Part shown: positions 41,698 to 52,534 of the stretch, one piece after another
Numbering within the stretch: position 1 is the stretch's first letter
Layout of the letters: every line of letters starts with the position of its first letter
Made by a program: the position numbers and the translations under genes
NCBI GenBank assembly: GCA_963823665.1
Contig: CAWGMQ010000006.1
Span: 192,001 to 256,000, forward strand
DNA: 64,000 nt
Source: an uncultured Planctomycetota bacterium
GTDB lineage: Bacteria > Planctomycetota > Planctomycetia > Isosphaerales > Isosphaeraceae
Direction: 5' to 3'
Notes under the pieces: model-generated
Database searches by the model: none
The model's input: the letters and a program-made list of their open reading frames with translations, nothing else
What the model was told of the DNA's origin: nothing

Positions 41698-41991
41698 TCA
41701 TCCGCCCCCAAGCTCCTTGACAAACCATTTGTCTTTCGTCACCTCTTCCTCATCGGTGTCGAGCCCGTCAGAGACCTCACGCTGGAAGAGACGCCAGAGC
41801 ACGTCGGCGTCCTGATCCTGGTCAAAGACGCCCAATTGCGGCGGCTGGCCGCGGATCAAGTCGAATAGCTCACCAACGCGGATATCCGGCGGAGCATGCT
41901 TTCCGGCCAGCCAATCAATCTGCTCCTGCCTGATTCGCACCCCTACGCGCCGTTCCAGCCGAAACGCCAGGTCGATCAGGCACCATCCCAC
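41698..41991 (-). CDS. Hypothetical protein (97 aa)
   Basis: Strong AAGGAGGAG RBS before GTG; globular-looking composition. Confidence 0.6.
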   Translation of the reverse strand: MGWCLIDLAFRLERRVGVRIRQEQIDWLAGKHAPPDIRVGELFDLIRGQPPQLGVFDQDQDADVLWRLFQREVSDGLDTDEEEVTKDKWFVKELGGG

Positions 41992-42030
41992 GACGCTCCT
42001 CCTTGCACCAGCATCATCCGACGTCGCAAC

Positions 42031-42612
42031 TCACCTGCTCACCGGCAGTGGCTCCGCTTCCTTCCAATCATCCCGGATCGGAAACCGCTCGCGAATCGTC
42101 TTGATCAACCGCATGACCTCCGACTCGGATAGCCCAAACCCGAACTGGTACTTCTTGGTGTCGTAGTCACATGCAACCGAGCTCGAGCGACTGTGCCTTT
42201 CGGCGCGAGCTCCGTCCGAATTGAACGAAGGCGCCGGCCGCAAGTTCCTGACCTTGCTCAGCTCGAACATCCGCTCCCTGCGAAAAACCGAGAACTCCTT
42301 GCGCAGAATCAGCGACTTTCCCTCGATGATCACCGTATCCCGCCGCAGCCAGAGTCCGCCCGCAACAAGCGCGAAGCCCAGCCCCAACATCATCCAGATC
42401 AAGAAAAACTTGATCCCTTCCACATTGCCGCTCAAAGGCCTTCTCGAAAGACCCAGCAGCACGAGCCCCATCACGAGAACCCAGATCGCCAGAACGATTC
42501 CCGACCCCACCCAGGCCTTCGCCGCGGGCGGAATGGTGATCCGAAACCCTCCAAATTCGTCGTCCGTGACAATCGACCGCACAGTTGGCATTGTTTTAAA
42601 ATCTGTGGCCAT
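42031..42612 (-). CDS. Hypothetical membrane protein (two TM segments plus soluble beta-rich domain)
   Basis: GGAGGG RBS; two hydrophobic helices; FELSKVRNLR...YQFGFGLSESE. Confidence 0.65.
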   Translation of the reverse strand: MATDFKTMPTVRSIVTDDEFGGFRITIPPAAKAWVGSGIVLAIWVLVMGLVLLGLSRRPLSGNVEGIKFFLIWMMLGLGFALVAGGLWLRRDTVIIEGKSLILRKEFSVFRRERMFELSKVRNLRPAPSFNSDGARAERHSRSSSVACDYDTKKYQFGFGLSESEVMRLIKTIRERFPIRDDWKEAEPLPVSR

Positions 42613-42671
42613 CACGTCCCTCCGTCGCGCTCGGTTGAGCCCAACAGTACCTCGCCAATCCCCCCTCCACA

Positions 42672-42699
42672 TTTTCGAATTTCGGATTTCGAATTTGAG
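42672..42699. repeat. Degenerate heptamer tandem repeat (TTTCGAA / TTTCGGA / TTTCGAA / TTTGAGA)
   Basis: ttttcgaatttcggatttcgaatttgaga just downstream of the cupin gene. Confidence 0.55.
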
Positions 42700-42708
42700 A
42701 GATCGGAT

Positions 42709-43227
42709 TTAGTCCTTTGTTCTGGTGAGCGCACAAATCTGCTCCGCAAAAGCCGGATAAAGCCCGACCAATTCCTCCCGGCGCCCTTGTTCGTAATCCG
42801 CATAATCAAACCCGGGTGCCATCGTGGCCCCCAGCAGCACGAAGTCGAATCCCGGCTCGAGCCGCGAGCCCTGCCACACGCCCGCCGGCACGACGAGCTG
42901 CGGCTGCTGGCCCTTGGCGATATCCGGCCCGATGACAATCTCCCGCCCTGCCCCGCCAGGAAAGAGCTGAAGCATCCGCACCGGCCCACCCAGGTAGAAA
43001 TGAAAGATCTCCTCCGTCGGCACCCGGTGCATCTCGGAGAAGGTCTCGGCCGTCAGCAAGTAGTAAATCGCGGTCCCCATCGACCGCCCGGCACATGGTA
43101 GATACCCGCCCGGCAGGCCATCTCCGGGAATCACCCCCGTCGATCGATAGGTCTCGCGGAAATAGCCACCTTCGATCGGATGCGGCTTCAGATCGAGGGC
43201 CGCAATGATTTCATCGGCAGTGGGCAT
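42709..43227 (-). CDS. Cupin_5 (DUF985) protein
   Basis: LDLKPHPIEGGYFRETYRS, TAIYYLL, EIFHFYLG, PQLVVPAGVWQ, MAPGFDYAD. Confidence 0.9.
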   Translation of the reverse strand: MPTADEIIAALDLKPHPIEGGYFRETYRSTGVIPGDGLPGGYLPCAGRSMGTAIYYLLTAETFSEMHRVPTEEIFHFYLGGPVRMLQLFPGGAGREIVIGPDIAKGQQPQLVVPAGVWQGSRLEPGFDFVLLGATMAPGFDYADYEQGRREELVGLYPAFAEQICALTRTKD

Positions 43228-43338
43228 GACGGAAGGCCCGGAACAAGAGGAACACCCTGGATACATCCCAGCGGTTTGGTTCATCTCTATTCTACTACTT
43301 CGAGCCCAATTTGCCGCAACCAGTGGGCGCGAATCGTT

Positions 43339-46074
43339 TCAAGGGAGCTCGAACCGGTGAATGGTTCTCACACCGTCGAACAGGAGCAGCCCGCGGCCGT
43401 CGGGGGCGAGGAAGGGCATCCACCATGCATTTTCATGTCCTGCGGGAACGAACTGTCCGAACGGCTTGCCGGCGGCGTCGAAGAGAACAATCGCCTTGTT
43501 CGCGGTGATCGCAAATCGCTTGCCGTCATACGCGATGCGGGGGAAAGACCACTCGATGCTCTGGGGCAGTGTGAAGGTGAAGACCGGCTCGGCCTGCGGC
43601 GAATAGACACTCACGGCAAGCTCGCCATCGTCGAGTCGTCGTCGGCCCTTGCCGCGCGACAGCACGGCGATCGAGCCGTCGGGTGCCGTCGACGCTCTCT
43701 CGGGGTGTTCGAGCCACAAGCCGTCGGCGCGGCGCGTGATGGTGCGAGCCACAGCCCCTTTTTCGTCGATCAAGTGGACCTTCTCGTACCCGAGCACCCA
43801 CCGCCGTGCCGTTCCCGGCTGGGCGTACCAGTTCTCGCCGATTTCATCCAGCTTCGCTTCCTCGATCGCGACGCGCTTGCCCTCCGGCGAGTAGTGAAGC
43901 ACTCGGCTCTGCAAGCCCATGCCGAGATAGATATCGCCGGAATCGGAAACGCTGAGGTGCGGAAGCTGAAGCTCCTCGGAGACGTCGCCGGCCTCCGGCA
44001 GGCAGACGCGAAGCCAGGCCCCGTCGGGCCCGAAAACGTGAACGGCGCCGGTCCGGCCGACGACCGCGTAGATCCGTCCTTTGCCGTCGACGGTCACGCC
44101 GGCAGCCTCGTCGAACCTGAGCGACTCGGGTGATTCTCCGAGCACGCGGCCGACCATGCCTGATTCAAGCAATCGGTACAACGTGTGCCCGTCGCTGACC
44201 CAGAGCACCCCGTCCGGCGCCACCTCGGCGTCACGCAGATCGATCTTCCGGCCATCTTTGAGCCGTGGTTTCACTTGCCCCCGGATGGTCCCGTCCGCGC
44301 TCATCCGGACGATTGGCGGGTCTCCGTGGAAATCGTGGACGACGACTCCGCCGTCGCGATCGGCCGAAAGCCCAGAGGCATAATTCGGCTCGCGCCCCCA
44401 AGCCTTTTTCAAGTCAACCGTGTGATGATGTTTGCCGGCTCGGTCAAAGAACTGGAGCGTCTTTCGAATCTGGTCGACAGCGGCAATCATGCCGTCGGTC
44501 GTGATCGTGACATCCTCGGTGCTGAAGAGCGCGGCGGGGTTCTTTGGATCGCCATTTCCCGGGAGCGAACCGAGCAGTTTTCCTGTGCCGTCAAAGGACC
44601 GCAGACTACCGTCGCCGGTCGCACCACCCTTGAAATAAATCAGCCCGCCGACGACCACGAAGCCGCCGTCGGGATAACCCGCAACCTTGGAGACAGCGGA
44701 TGTCGTGAACCCCGGAATCGGCGTCGTCTTCCCGGTCGTGACGTCAACGATCGCTCCTTCCATTTTGCCGCGTTCGCCCGGAAGTTCCCGAAGCAGAAGA
44801 TAACTGCCGGTCCCGACGCAGGTGAGCTCGGACCACCCCGCCCGGCCATCCGCATGAGCGGAAGCAAGCGGAACCGTGTGGATCACCTTTCCCTGTTGAT
44901 CCACGACCACCAGCACCCGCGAGTTATTCTTGGACCACCCCAGGTAGGCGATCCGGCCCTGGGTGTCGAACACGAAGTCATGCACATCTCGGACCTCAGG
45001 CACCGGCGCTTGTGACGGGCCCTTCAGCACGATGCGCCCGGCCGCGCGAAGTGCGAGGAGTGGAATCTCGGCCGGCTTTTTCGCAGGAGTCGCGGTCTCG
45101 ACGAACGGACGCCGCGCAACCTCGGAAACGACCCACGCCCCGCCCGCCTTGCGGACAACGGAATAGGTAACACGCTGGCCGCTTTTCGCGAATCGCAGGT
45201 CGAACCGCCCGGGCTCGTCCGATCCCAATATCCCGCCGCTCCGCCGCACGGATGCGATCAGCCGTTCGTCCGCGTTTTCGTCGCCGCCGGATTCGTAATC
45301 GTCGGGGAGGTCCAGAGACCAGACCTGCTTTCCGTCGGGCTCGATCAGGGTGAAACGCGCACCTAGCTTGCGTCCACGCGGCCTATCGTATCGCCACCAG
45401 TGCACGACAGTGAGCGGCGTCCCCTTCACCGGCTTGACATTCATTATGTAGGGCGTCGGCCCCGGGTCGGGCATGAGGTCCTTTGGCCGGAAGGGTTTGA
45501 GCGCGGTTCCGGTCGAGAGCTGGTAGACCCACCAGGACTCGCTCTGACGGTTGAGGTCCACGTCATGCACCCGCACGACCAGTCGATCGTTTGCCGCGTC
45601 CATGACGAGGCCGGCGCCAAGCGGATTGGGCGGAGTATGAAAAAACCGACTGTCCTCGCGATTGGTCGCGTGGTTCAGGCGCTCCTTGCCCTGTGGGTCG
45701 ATGATCACGACGCGGAAGTCACCCATTCCATCTTTGAAGCCGGCTTCGGAAAAACCTCTCCAGCCGTGGGAGTAGGCATAGCCCGCCGCAACTCCATCGT
45801 CGCCAACACACGCGTCCCAGAGCGTGTAGGGCTTCTCCGCCGACCAGACTTCTCGACCCTCGAGCGTTAAACGGTACGTAGCTTTGCCGCGGCCGTAGAG
45901 GTCGCTCGGATTGACGAAGAGCGCGTATCTGCCCGACGGCGAGGTGTAATGCTTCGGGTTCAAAGTCGGCGGGGGTCCCTCCGAGGCGACCGCCCGGCCG
46001 TGCGTTACCCAGAGAACCAGTCCGCACAGCAGCGCGGTGATCGCAGCCCGACATCGCCTCGGAAAAATGCACAT
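43339..46074 (-). CDS. Secreted NHL-like beta-propeller protein (911 aa)
   Basis: Signal peptide; repeated 'vtvD..G.iyv.d.....v..f..dG' blades. Confidence 0.7.
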   Translation of the reverse strand: MCIFPRRCRAAITALLCGLVLWVTHGRAVASEGPPPTLNPKHYTSPSGRYALFVNPSDLYGRGKATYRLTLEGREVWSAEKPYTLWDACVGDDGVAAGYAYSHGWRGFSEAGFKDGMGDFRVVIIDPQGKERLNHATNREDSRFFHTPPNPLGAGLVMDAANDRLVVRVHDVDLNRQSESWWVYQLSTGTALKPFRPKDLMPDPGPTPYIMNVKPVKGTPLTVVHWWRYDRPRGRKLGARFTLIEPDGKQVWSLDLPDDYESGGDENADERLIASVRRSGGILGSDEPGRFDLRFAKSGQRVTYSVVRKAGGAWVVSEVARRPFVETATPAKKPAEIPLLALRAAGRIVLKGPSQAPVPEVRDVHDFVFDTQGRIAYLGWSKNNSRVLVVVDQQGKVIHTVPLASAHADGRAGWSELTCVGTGSYLLLRELPGERGKMEGAIVDVTTGKTTPIPGFTTSAVSKVAGYPDGGFVVVGGLIYFKGGATGDGSLRSFDGTGKLLGSLPGNGDPKNPAALFSTEDVTITTDGMIAAVDQIRKTLQFFDRAGKHHHTVDLKKAWGREPNYASGLSADRDGGVVVHDFHGDPPIVRMSADGTIRGQVKPRLKDGRKIDLRDAEVAPDGVLWVSDGHTLYRLLESGMVGRVLGESPESLRFDEAAGVTVDGKGRIYAVVGRTGAVHVFGPDGAWLRVCLPEAGDVSEELQLPHLSVSDSGDIYLGMGLQSRVLHYSPEGKRVAIEEAKLDEIGENWYAQPGTARRWVLGYEKVHLIDEKGAVARTITRRADGLWLEHPERASTAPDGSIAVLSRGKGRRRLDDGELAVSVYSPQAEPVFTFTLPQSIEWSFPRIAYDGKRFAITANKAIVLFDAAGKPFGQFVPAGHENAWWMPFLAPDGRGLLLFDGVRTIHRFELP

Positions 46075-46132
46075 CCGTGACCTCGATCGCGCAGTTCGCT
46101 TCTAAGAATCCGGTTGGCCTGTCTCGGCCGCC

Positions 46133-47296
46133 TCACCCCACGCGAAACTTCTCGATCCCAGCCTCGTTGAGCTCGATCCCCAATCCCGGCCCATCCGGAA
46201 CCGCCACGCGACCGGACGCAGCGCGAATGGTCTCGGTGATCGAATTACGGAGCGTGGTCCCTTCTTCAACGACAAATTCGAGAAGGCCCAGTGTGTTCGG
46301 AATGCTCGCCAGGAAATGAAGTGCGGCCGCAACGTTCAAGTATGTGGTGAAACCATGATTGACCACAGGCAGCCCGCGGTCGGCCGCCAGTGCCGCAATC
46401 TTGATGGCCTCGGTGAACCCGCCGCAGCGGGTCAAGTCCACCTGCACGACGTCGATCTGGCCCACGTCCATGAGCTGGAGGAACGACTTCCGCTCACTTT
46501 CCTCCTCGCCAGCCGCGATGCGCAGGCTGCTGGCCGCCGCCAGCTTGGCGTAGCCGGCATAGTCATCGGGAAGCAGCGGCTCCTCAAACCAGAACGGGTC
46601 GTACTGCTCGAACGAGCGCGCCCGCTGGATCGCCGTCTTGGCGTCGTAGACGAGCCCGGCGTCGATCATCAGGTCGTAGGAGGGCCCGAGCCCCGCGCGG
46701 GCTTCGCGCACCAGGGCGATATCGGTCTCACGATCCTGTCCCATCGGATCCCAGCCGAATTTCACGGCGGTGAAGCCCTGGTCGGCGAACCGTCGGGCGC
46801 GATCGCCGGTTTCCGCAGGCGTGGCGCCGAACAGCGAGCTGGCATAAGCCCGTAGCGACTTCGTAAATCCACCGCCAAGCAGCTTCCAGACCGGCATGCC
46901 CAGCGCCTTGCCCTTGATGTCCCAGAGAGCCAGGTCAATCCCGCTGATCGCATGGATGCCGATCCCGCGGCGCCCGCCGTAGATATTGGCCCGGTACATC
47001 TTGTGCCAGAGGTACTCCGTCTGAAACGGGTCTTCGCCGACAACAACATGCCCGAGCCCCGTCGCCGTCGTGTGCGAGAACGGCCCCTCAATGCAGCCCT
47101 TCACGGCGATCGGGTTCGAATCGACCTCGCCATAGCCGGTGATCCCGGCATTGGTGCTGACTTTCACCAGGAGCGCATCCTGCCCGCTGTCGCACTGGGT
47201 TTTCACCTCCGGCAGCCGCAGGTAGATGGCTTCGACGGCGGTGATCTTGAGGTCGCTCAACGGAGACAATGATTGCTCGCTCTTAGTTTTGTTCAT
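46133..47296 (-). CDS. Mandelate racemase / muconate-lactonizing enzyme family (enolase superfamily)
   Basis: AISGIDLALWDIKGKALGMPVWKLLGG, LMIDA, WFEEP, AAGEE, VNH, PDGPGLGIE. Confidence 0.9.
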   Translation of the reverse strand: MNKTKSEQSLSPLSDLKITAVEAIYLRLPEVKTQCDSGQDALLVKVSTNAGITGYGEVDSNPIAVKGCIEGPFSHTTATGLGHVVVGEDPFQTEYLWHKMYRANIYGGRRGIGIHAISGIDLALWDIKGKALGMPVWKLLGGGFTKSLRAYASSLFGATPAETGDRARRFADQGFTAVKFGWDPMGQDRETDIALVREARAGLGPSYDLMIDAGLVYDAKTAIQRARSFEQYDPFWFEEPLLPDDYAGYAKLAAASSLRIAAGEEESERKSFLQLMDVGQIDVVQVDLTRCGGFTEAIKIAALAADRGLPVVNHGFTTYLNVAAALHFLASIPNTLGLLEFVVEEGTTLRNSITETIRAASGRVAVPDGPGLGIELNEAGIEKFRVG

Positions 47297-47351
47297 ATGC
47301 GTTTATTAATTGGATCGGTTGTGGAGGCAGTCTTTGTTGTAAAACGACGTC

Positions 47352-48425
47352 TCACGCTCCTGCTGGCGCTGGCATCCACTCGGCTGGCGAATGGCTGATT
47401 TCCGGAATGCATTCGTTGTCTGTCCAGCAAAGAGCGTCTGATTCAGTCGCGACTCGGATTGAGTCTGCGCACGATCCGGCCAGTCGCTGAATACTCTCAA
47501 TCTCCAGTCCCTCGACTGTTAGGAGAAGGAGCTCTTTCTCGTTCGCGATGAACACGTCATCGGCTTGCACCGACATTTGGCGGTAATGGAGCAACCGGTC
47601 GGATCGTTCACCATCAAAATACCACGATGCGAAGTCCGGTATCAGAGTGAGCTGTTCGCTGGTCAGTACGAACAGATGCCCCATTGCAGCGCGAATGGCG
47701 TAGGGTGTCCCTTGAATCCCCTCAATTCGAATCATCTGAAGCTGAACGTCCATGAGCAGGTTTCGAACGATCACCACCGAGCCGTCACGGCAGAGCGCAG
47801 CAACGGCGCACGGCTGCCGCACCCTATCCAGAGCACACACGTCGACAAAATCAACATCGGGAGCCGTGAGCCTCGTGATGTCAGACTTTGTGTTGGCCGC
47901 GTCAAGCTGAATGCGGAAGAGTCCATCATTGCGACCAGCGCACGCCAAGACTTCTTTCTTCGCGTGCTCCCCCAACGGGGCCAACATATAAAAGTTCAGT
48001 AACGCTCCAGCGGCGCTCGCGGTCCAACCGCGAGGGCCGCCTTTTGGTGTTAAGTCAACGCACAGGAGGCCATAGATCCACATCGGCGCCAGGAATTGGC
48101 CGGTCGTCGTCGCAACGATGCAGTGAGCACCACCGGGACCCGAGTACACGAGATCGAAGCCGTTCGGGACTCTGCGGTACACAACCACTTCGCTGCGTGT
48201 GCTTACGCCGATGAACTCGTTCCAGAAAGCGATTCCGTTGATCGCATCCACAGCCAGCGTTTCAGAACTCGCGGCTTCGTGCAAATGACCAGAGTCGCCC
48301 AAAAAGAGAACTTTCCCGCTCATCGCACCGAGGCAGTAGTTACCTGTCCATGGGCATTCGCCGGCCCAAGTGATTTCGTCATCTGGAATACGAACGGTCC
48401 GGCGTTCCGCCAGTCCAGGCTTCAT
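47352..48425 (-). CDS. Hypothetical protein, probably beta-propeller-like, visibly lower GC
   Basis: Long ORF with alternating short beta-strand patterns; GAGG before ATG 48425. Confidence 0.55.
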   Translation of the reverse strand: MKPGLAERRTVRIPDDEITWAGECPWTGNYCLGAMSGKVLFLGDSGHLHEAASSETLAVDAINGIAFWNEFIGVSTRSEVVVYRRVPNGFDLVYSGPGGAHCIVATTTGQFLAPMWIYGLLCVDLTPKGGPRGWTASAAGALLNFYMLAPLGEHAKKEVLACAGRNDGLFRIQLDAANTKSDITRLTAPDVDFVDVCALDRVRQPCAVAALCRDGSVVIVRNLLMDVQLQMIRIEGIQGTPYAIRAAMGHLFVLTSEQLTLIPDFASWYFDGERSDRLLHYRQMSVQADDVFIANEKELLLLTVEGLEIESIQRLAGSCADSIRVATESDALCWTDNECIPEISHSPAEWMPAPAGA

Positions 48426-48666
48426 GTCCGCCGCCTCTAAACCACCGCCAAGGGGTGCAAAGTTATAGGACTGCATTCTATCCAAACCCGATCTCGCGCG
48501 GCGACAACCCCCAATATCTCGTGCGTGGCCGCCTTGGTCGTCCCAATCCACACCTCCGCCACCAAAAATCCACAATTCCCGATGCCGCCGTAGCCGATGT
48601 AACGTATTGACGGGTTTTAACGACGGTGCGTCGACCCGCCCCAACGGTAAACGAGACAAACGCTCG

Positions 48667-49673
48667 ATGCCACGCGCGTGGTTCGCCGGCTCTCTAGGGC
48701 TCGTTCTTTGCTGGGCCGGTTTGGCCTACGCTCAGGATCCGCCTGCCCTTGAGGCCCCTGCCGACGAATCAGGAGCCGCGAAGCCCGCAACGCCTCACCC
48801 AAAGCCCCAAACACCGGCCGCGAAGCCCACGACGCCTGCCGCGAAACCGCCGGCAACACCACCCGCCTCCGCTGCTTCTCCCACGCGCGCGAACCCTCCC
48901 GCTTCCCCAGGTTCTCAGGTCCGGCCGATGCTGGTGATCCCCGGCGTGACGACTCCCAGCTCGCGGCCCCCGGTGACGTCTCGCCCGTCCGTGCCCAAAG
49001 GCTCGCGGTCCGCCGGCAGTTCGGGCTCCCCACCGCCCGGAACCGGGCCGTCGCTCGTGGCCCCATCGCCGGGAAGCTCTCCGTTCGGCGGGGCGACGGG
49101 GCGACCGAGCTCCCGCAGCCTGCCCGAACCGCTCGGCCAACCGATTCCAATGACGATCGAGCCGCTCGAGGATGAACCGCAGCCCGAGCGCGACGGCCGC
49201 TCCGGCCGGACTCCGTCGCGGCCGCCGGGGTCACAGGAGCGCCCGCGACCTGGCAATGCTCCAGCCGCCGGGAGGCCCAGACCCAACGATTCATCCGAAG
49301 ATTCACCGGCGGCTTCCGGTCGTCCTCGCCCATCGCAGCGGCCATTCCCAGGAATACTCGGCCGGTTCTTCCCGCCACCCCCGGGCTCCGCCGCGGCGAG
49401 CCAAGAAGTTCAACCCCAGCGGCCCGCCAGAAAGAAAAGGCTGCCGACCGCTCCGAGCCGGAAGGCGACGCGGCGATCAAGCGCAAAATCGAAAAGCAGA
49501 TCCGCGACACCCTGGGCGACCGCGTCCGATCGGTCGAGGTGCGCGTCAGCGGCAAGAACGTCCTGGTCGTCGCGCAGGCCACCCGTTTCTGGCAGAAACG
49601 CGCCGTCCGACGCTCGCTGGAGACTCTTCCCGCGCTCGATGGCTACCGCGCACGGGTCGAGCTTGGCGACTGA
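48667..49673 (+). CDS. Secreted Pro-rich protein with C-terminal BON-like domain, frameshift near 49400
   Basis: Signal peptide ending AYAQD; Pro/Ser-rich linker; shifted frame gives AIKRKIEKQIRDTLGDRVRSVEVRVSGKNVLVVAQATRFWQK...RVELGD-stop. Confidence 0.65.
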
Positions 49674-50965
49674 GTCGCATCAGCGTCCGTTGCGTGCATT
49701 GGACCGCCGGTTTTCGATGTCGATGCACATTCCGCCTCGCGCAACCTGCTCAGTCCTTGCTGCGCGAGAGCGTCAAATGGTTCTTGTCCGATCGCCAGCT
49801 CGTACCATCCGCGCACTTCCTCACGCAGCCCGGCCGCCTCGCATGCCTTTCCCAGCCGGGTCAGATCGCCGCGGTCGTTCTCGCGGTCCGGCCTGCTCAC
49901 GCGGTTGATCAATTTGTAGACGTCGTCAAGCCTGCGCGCATGCGTCATGAATGATTCGGCCGCGGGCCGGTCACCGGCAAGCAGAAGCGCCTTGCCGAGC
50001 TCCGAGAGCGCGACCCGGTCGCTCGGGAGGTCCGATAGCGCCTCCCGAAAATACGTGATCGCCGCGGCGTGATCGCGCCGCAAGAGCGCTGCCCGCCCTC
50101 GCAGCCGGGCCAGCCGCGGCCCGCTCCGCGGCGCTTTTTCGAGCAACGAATGAGCCTCCTCGAGGCGCCCGTGCGCGAGATTCAGCTCGATCCGCAAGGC
50201 CACCGCATCGGGATCGTCCGTGGGTAGCGCCTCCAGGACTTGCTGGACCTTGAGTGCCATATCGGGCGCGTCGAAAAGCAGGGTTGCCAGCGCCAGGCGA
50301 CTATGGCGGTCGTCGGAGTCTGCCTCGATCGCCGCCTCGAGCTCCGGAGCGATGCCACTGTCCCAGTCGGTGAAATGCGTCAGCCCCCACGTGAACAGGT
50401 CATGGTGTGTCAAGTGCGCCAGCCGCGCGAGCGCTTTGAATTCCCCGTCAATCTCGCGCTTGCGAAGCTGGATTCCGTAGATATAGATCAGCTCCTTGTG
50501 GGCCTCGATCAGTCCCGGTTCGCTTCTCAGCGCCTTGCGAAGCGATGTTTCGGCGCGGCGCAGCCGGTGCAGGCGCCGCTCGATCCGGCCGGCGAGAAGC
50601 GCGGCCTGCGCAGCCATCGAATCGGATTCGGGCACGTTCCCGAGCGCCTCGAGCGCCTGCTCGTCCCGTCCGAGGCCGGTTGCAACCTGAGCGCGGAACA
50701 ACCAATCGAGCGGAGTGGGCCGTCTCAGCCGCTCGAGCCTCGTCAGGGCGGCACGCGCCGCCTCGAGGCGGCCGCTGCGCAAGGCCGCCTGACCCTCGGC
50801 CCAGACTCGGTCCGGGTCGGCAAAATCAAGCGTTCGAACAAGCAGAATGAACGCGAATGTCAGCCCCGCCAGGCCGAGGAACAAAACGGCTGACCGGAAT
50901 CCGAGCCGAGGATGGGCCACGATGCTTGACCTGTCCAACCGTGTCGCCTCGCCAGGAAAAGGCAT
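49643..50965 (-). CDS. Membrane-anchored tetratricopeptide-repeat protein
   Basis: N-terminal TM; helical repeats such as AETSLRKALRSEP, AITYFREALSDLP, WYELAIGQEP. Exact start uncertain. Confidence 0.75.
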   Translation of the reverse strand: MPFPGEATRLDRSSIVAHPRLGFRSAVLFLGLAGLTFAFILLVRTLDFADPDRVWAEGQAALRSGRLEAARAALTRLERLRRPTPLDWLFRAQVATGLGRDEQALEALGNVPESDSMAAQAALLAGRIERRLHRLRRAETSLRKALRSEPGLIEAHKELIYIYGIQLRKREIDGEFKALARLAHLTHHDLFTWGLTHFTDWDSGIAPELEAAIEADSDDRHSRLALATLLFDAPDMALKVQQVLEALPTDDPDAVALRIELNLAHGRLEEAHSLLEKAPRSGPRLARLRGRAALLRRDHAAAITYFREALSDLPSDRVALSELGKALLLAGDRPAAESFMTHARRLDDVYKLINRVSRPDRENDRGDLTRLGKACEAAGLREEVRGWYELAIGQEPFDALAQQGLSRLREAECASTSKTGGPMHATDADATQSPSSTRAR

Positions 50966-50974
50966 CCGGGAGTG

Positions 50975-51433
50975 CTACCTGCCCTGTTTTCCCGTGCCGA
51001 AACCCTTGCCGCGCTTGCCGTCGGCCTTGCCCTCGATCGGGTACAGCGGTTTCTTACCTCCTCCTTCTCCGAGCAAGTCAAAATCGGCCTTGTTCTCGCC
51101 GGCGGCAACGTCAACGGCCTCCCTGAGCAGCCCCACGCCGCGATTTTTCGCAGCAACTTCGCCATCAAATGTGACCTGGTTGACGCCGATATACGTCTTG
51201 ATCGTGTAAGACCCGTCCGGTCCGATCTGTGCCGTGCGCGTCGCCACAATGCGACCGGAATTGCTGGGATTGAACAGGATCGTTCCGCCGCTCGCCGGCT
51301 TGCCCTTCACCGACACAGTTCCGCTGACGGTGCACTCCGTGAGCTTCGTCTCCACCCAGGGCTTGCCATCTCCGCATCCCGCCGCGGCGCAAATCGCCAG
51401 GCAAACCATCGTCTGGGGAATCCGTTTGTTCAT
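50975..51433 (-). CDS. Lipoprotein with carboxypeptidase-regulatory-like beta-sandwich
   Basis: AAAGC lipobox; [21 protein letters not shown]...IGPDGSYTI; typical neighbour of DUF1559 genes. Confidence 0.8.
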   Translation of the reverse strand: MNKRIPQTMVCLAICAAAGCGDGKPWVETKLTECTVSGTVSVKGKPASGGTILFNPSNSGRIVATRTAQIGPDGSYTIKTYIGVNQVTFDGEVAAKNRGVGLLREAVDVAAGENKADFDLLGEGGGKKPLYPIEGKADGKRGKGFGTGKQGR

Positions 51434-51462
51434 CGACGTTTCTCCAACTGGGTCGCCGAGCG

Positions 51463-52534
51463 TCAATACTGGTCCGACGAAATCACCTCGCCCGCGTTGC
51501 GCGATCCCAGCGCCCACCACGTGGGGATGTTGACGGACGATTTGATCACCTTCACCGATCCGTCGAGCACCAGCATGTTGACGACACCCGGATGGTAGCT
51601 GTTGGCGACGTGCGACATTTGCAGCCCCGACCGGCAAGTCCACGTATCCGGCGGCATGACGTGCACATAGCGGGTGCAAGACGGCTGCCCGGAGCACCAC
51701 ATGGCGCCGGAGATGTTGTCGTCGATGAAATTGGCCCAGTCCTGGTTGCCCGGTGCGGGTGTCGGGGCCATCTGGCTGCATTGCTGGTAGTAGGCCTGCG
51801 CCGTGAGACTCCAGGTTGTTGGCCACGCCGGGCGTGTTCGAGATCGAGGAAGTCGGTCTGCCGCCGTCGAATGGAGCACTGGTGGCGGTGAAGTTCGAGC
51901 CGATCGCCTTGATGCGCTCGCTGAACGCCGCGGTATTGCTCGTGCCGTCGGTGATCGCCGCCAGCGAGATGAACGTGCCCCCGACCGTGGTGACGGTGCC
52001 GTTATCCGAATAGATGAACGGCCCGGCCACCGGGCCGTTCCAGCCCTGGACGCCCCCATTCCCGGCATACATCGAGTTTGCCCCGGATCCGGAATTCGCC
52101 ATGTAGTTATTGTGGCCGTTCGGGTCGGTACACCGGTCTGAATCCGACGGGCAGCTAAAGGCACCGACTTTAGTATAAGTTGCCGTCGTGTTGATCGGGT
52201 TGTTGATGTTGAACGGCGCACCGCCGAACGGGAGGGCATTGCCGAAGTTGATCGAGTTGTAGAGCGGCCCTTGCTCGAGATAAGGAAGCAGCATCGTGTG
52301 GGCCGACCACTCGTTCCACCACGGTCCGTCGCCCCAGGGGAGCGAGCCGCTGGCGCTCACGTAGTTATGAACCGCCAACCCGAGCTGCTTGAGATTGTTG
52401 ATGCACTGCGCTCGTCGGGCCGCCTCCCGCGCCGACTGCACCGCCGGCAGCAAGAGGGCGATCAGCACGGCGATGATCGCGATCACCACCAGGAGCTCGA
52501 TCAATGTGAATCCAGCAAGTCTGCGCACGCGCAT
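51463..52534 (-). CDS. DUF1559 prepilin-type N-terminal cleavage/methylation protein, frameshift near 51805
   Basis: [65 protein letters not shown] (H-x9-DG), GEVISSDQY. Confidence 0.95.

Noticed and set aside
37181..42612. Integron cassette array
   Set aside because: Genes are in mixed orientation, no attC-like sites are evident, and there is no tyrosine integrase in the window.
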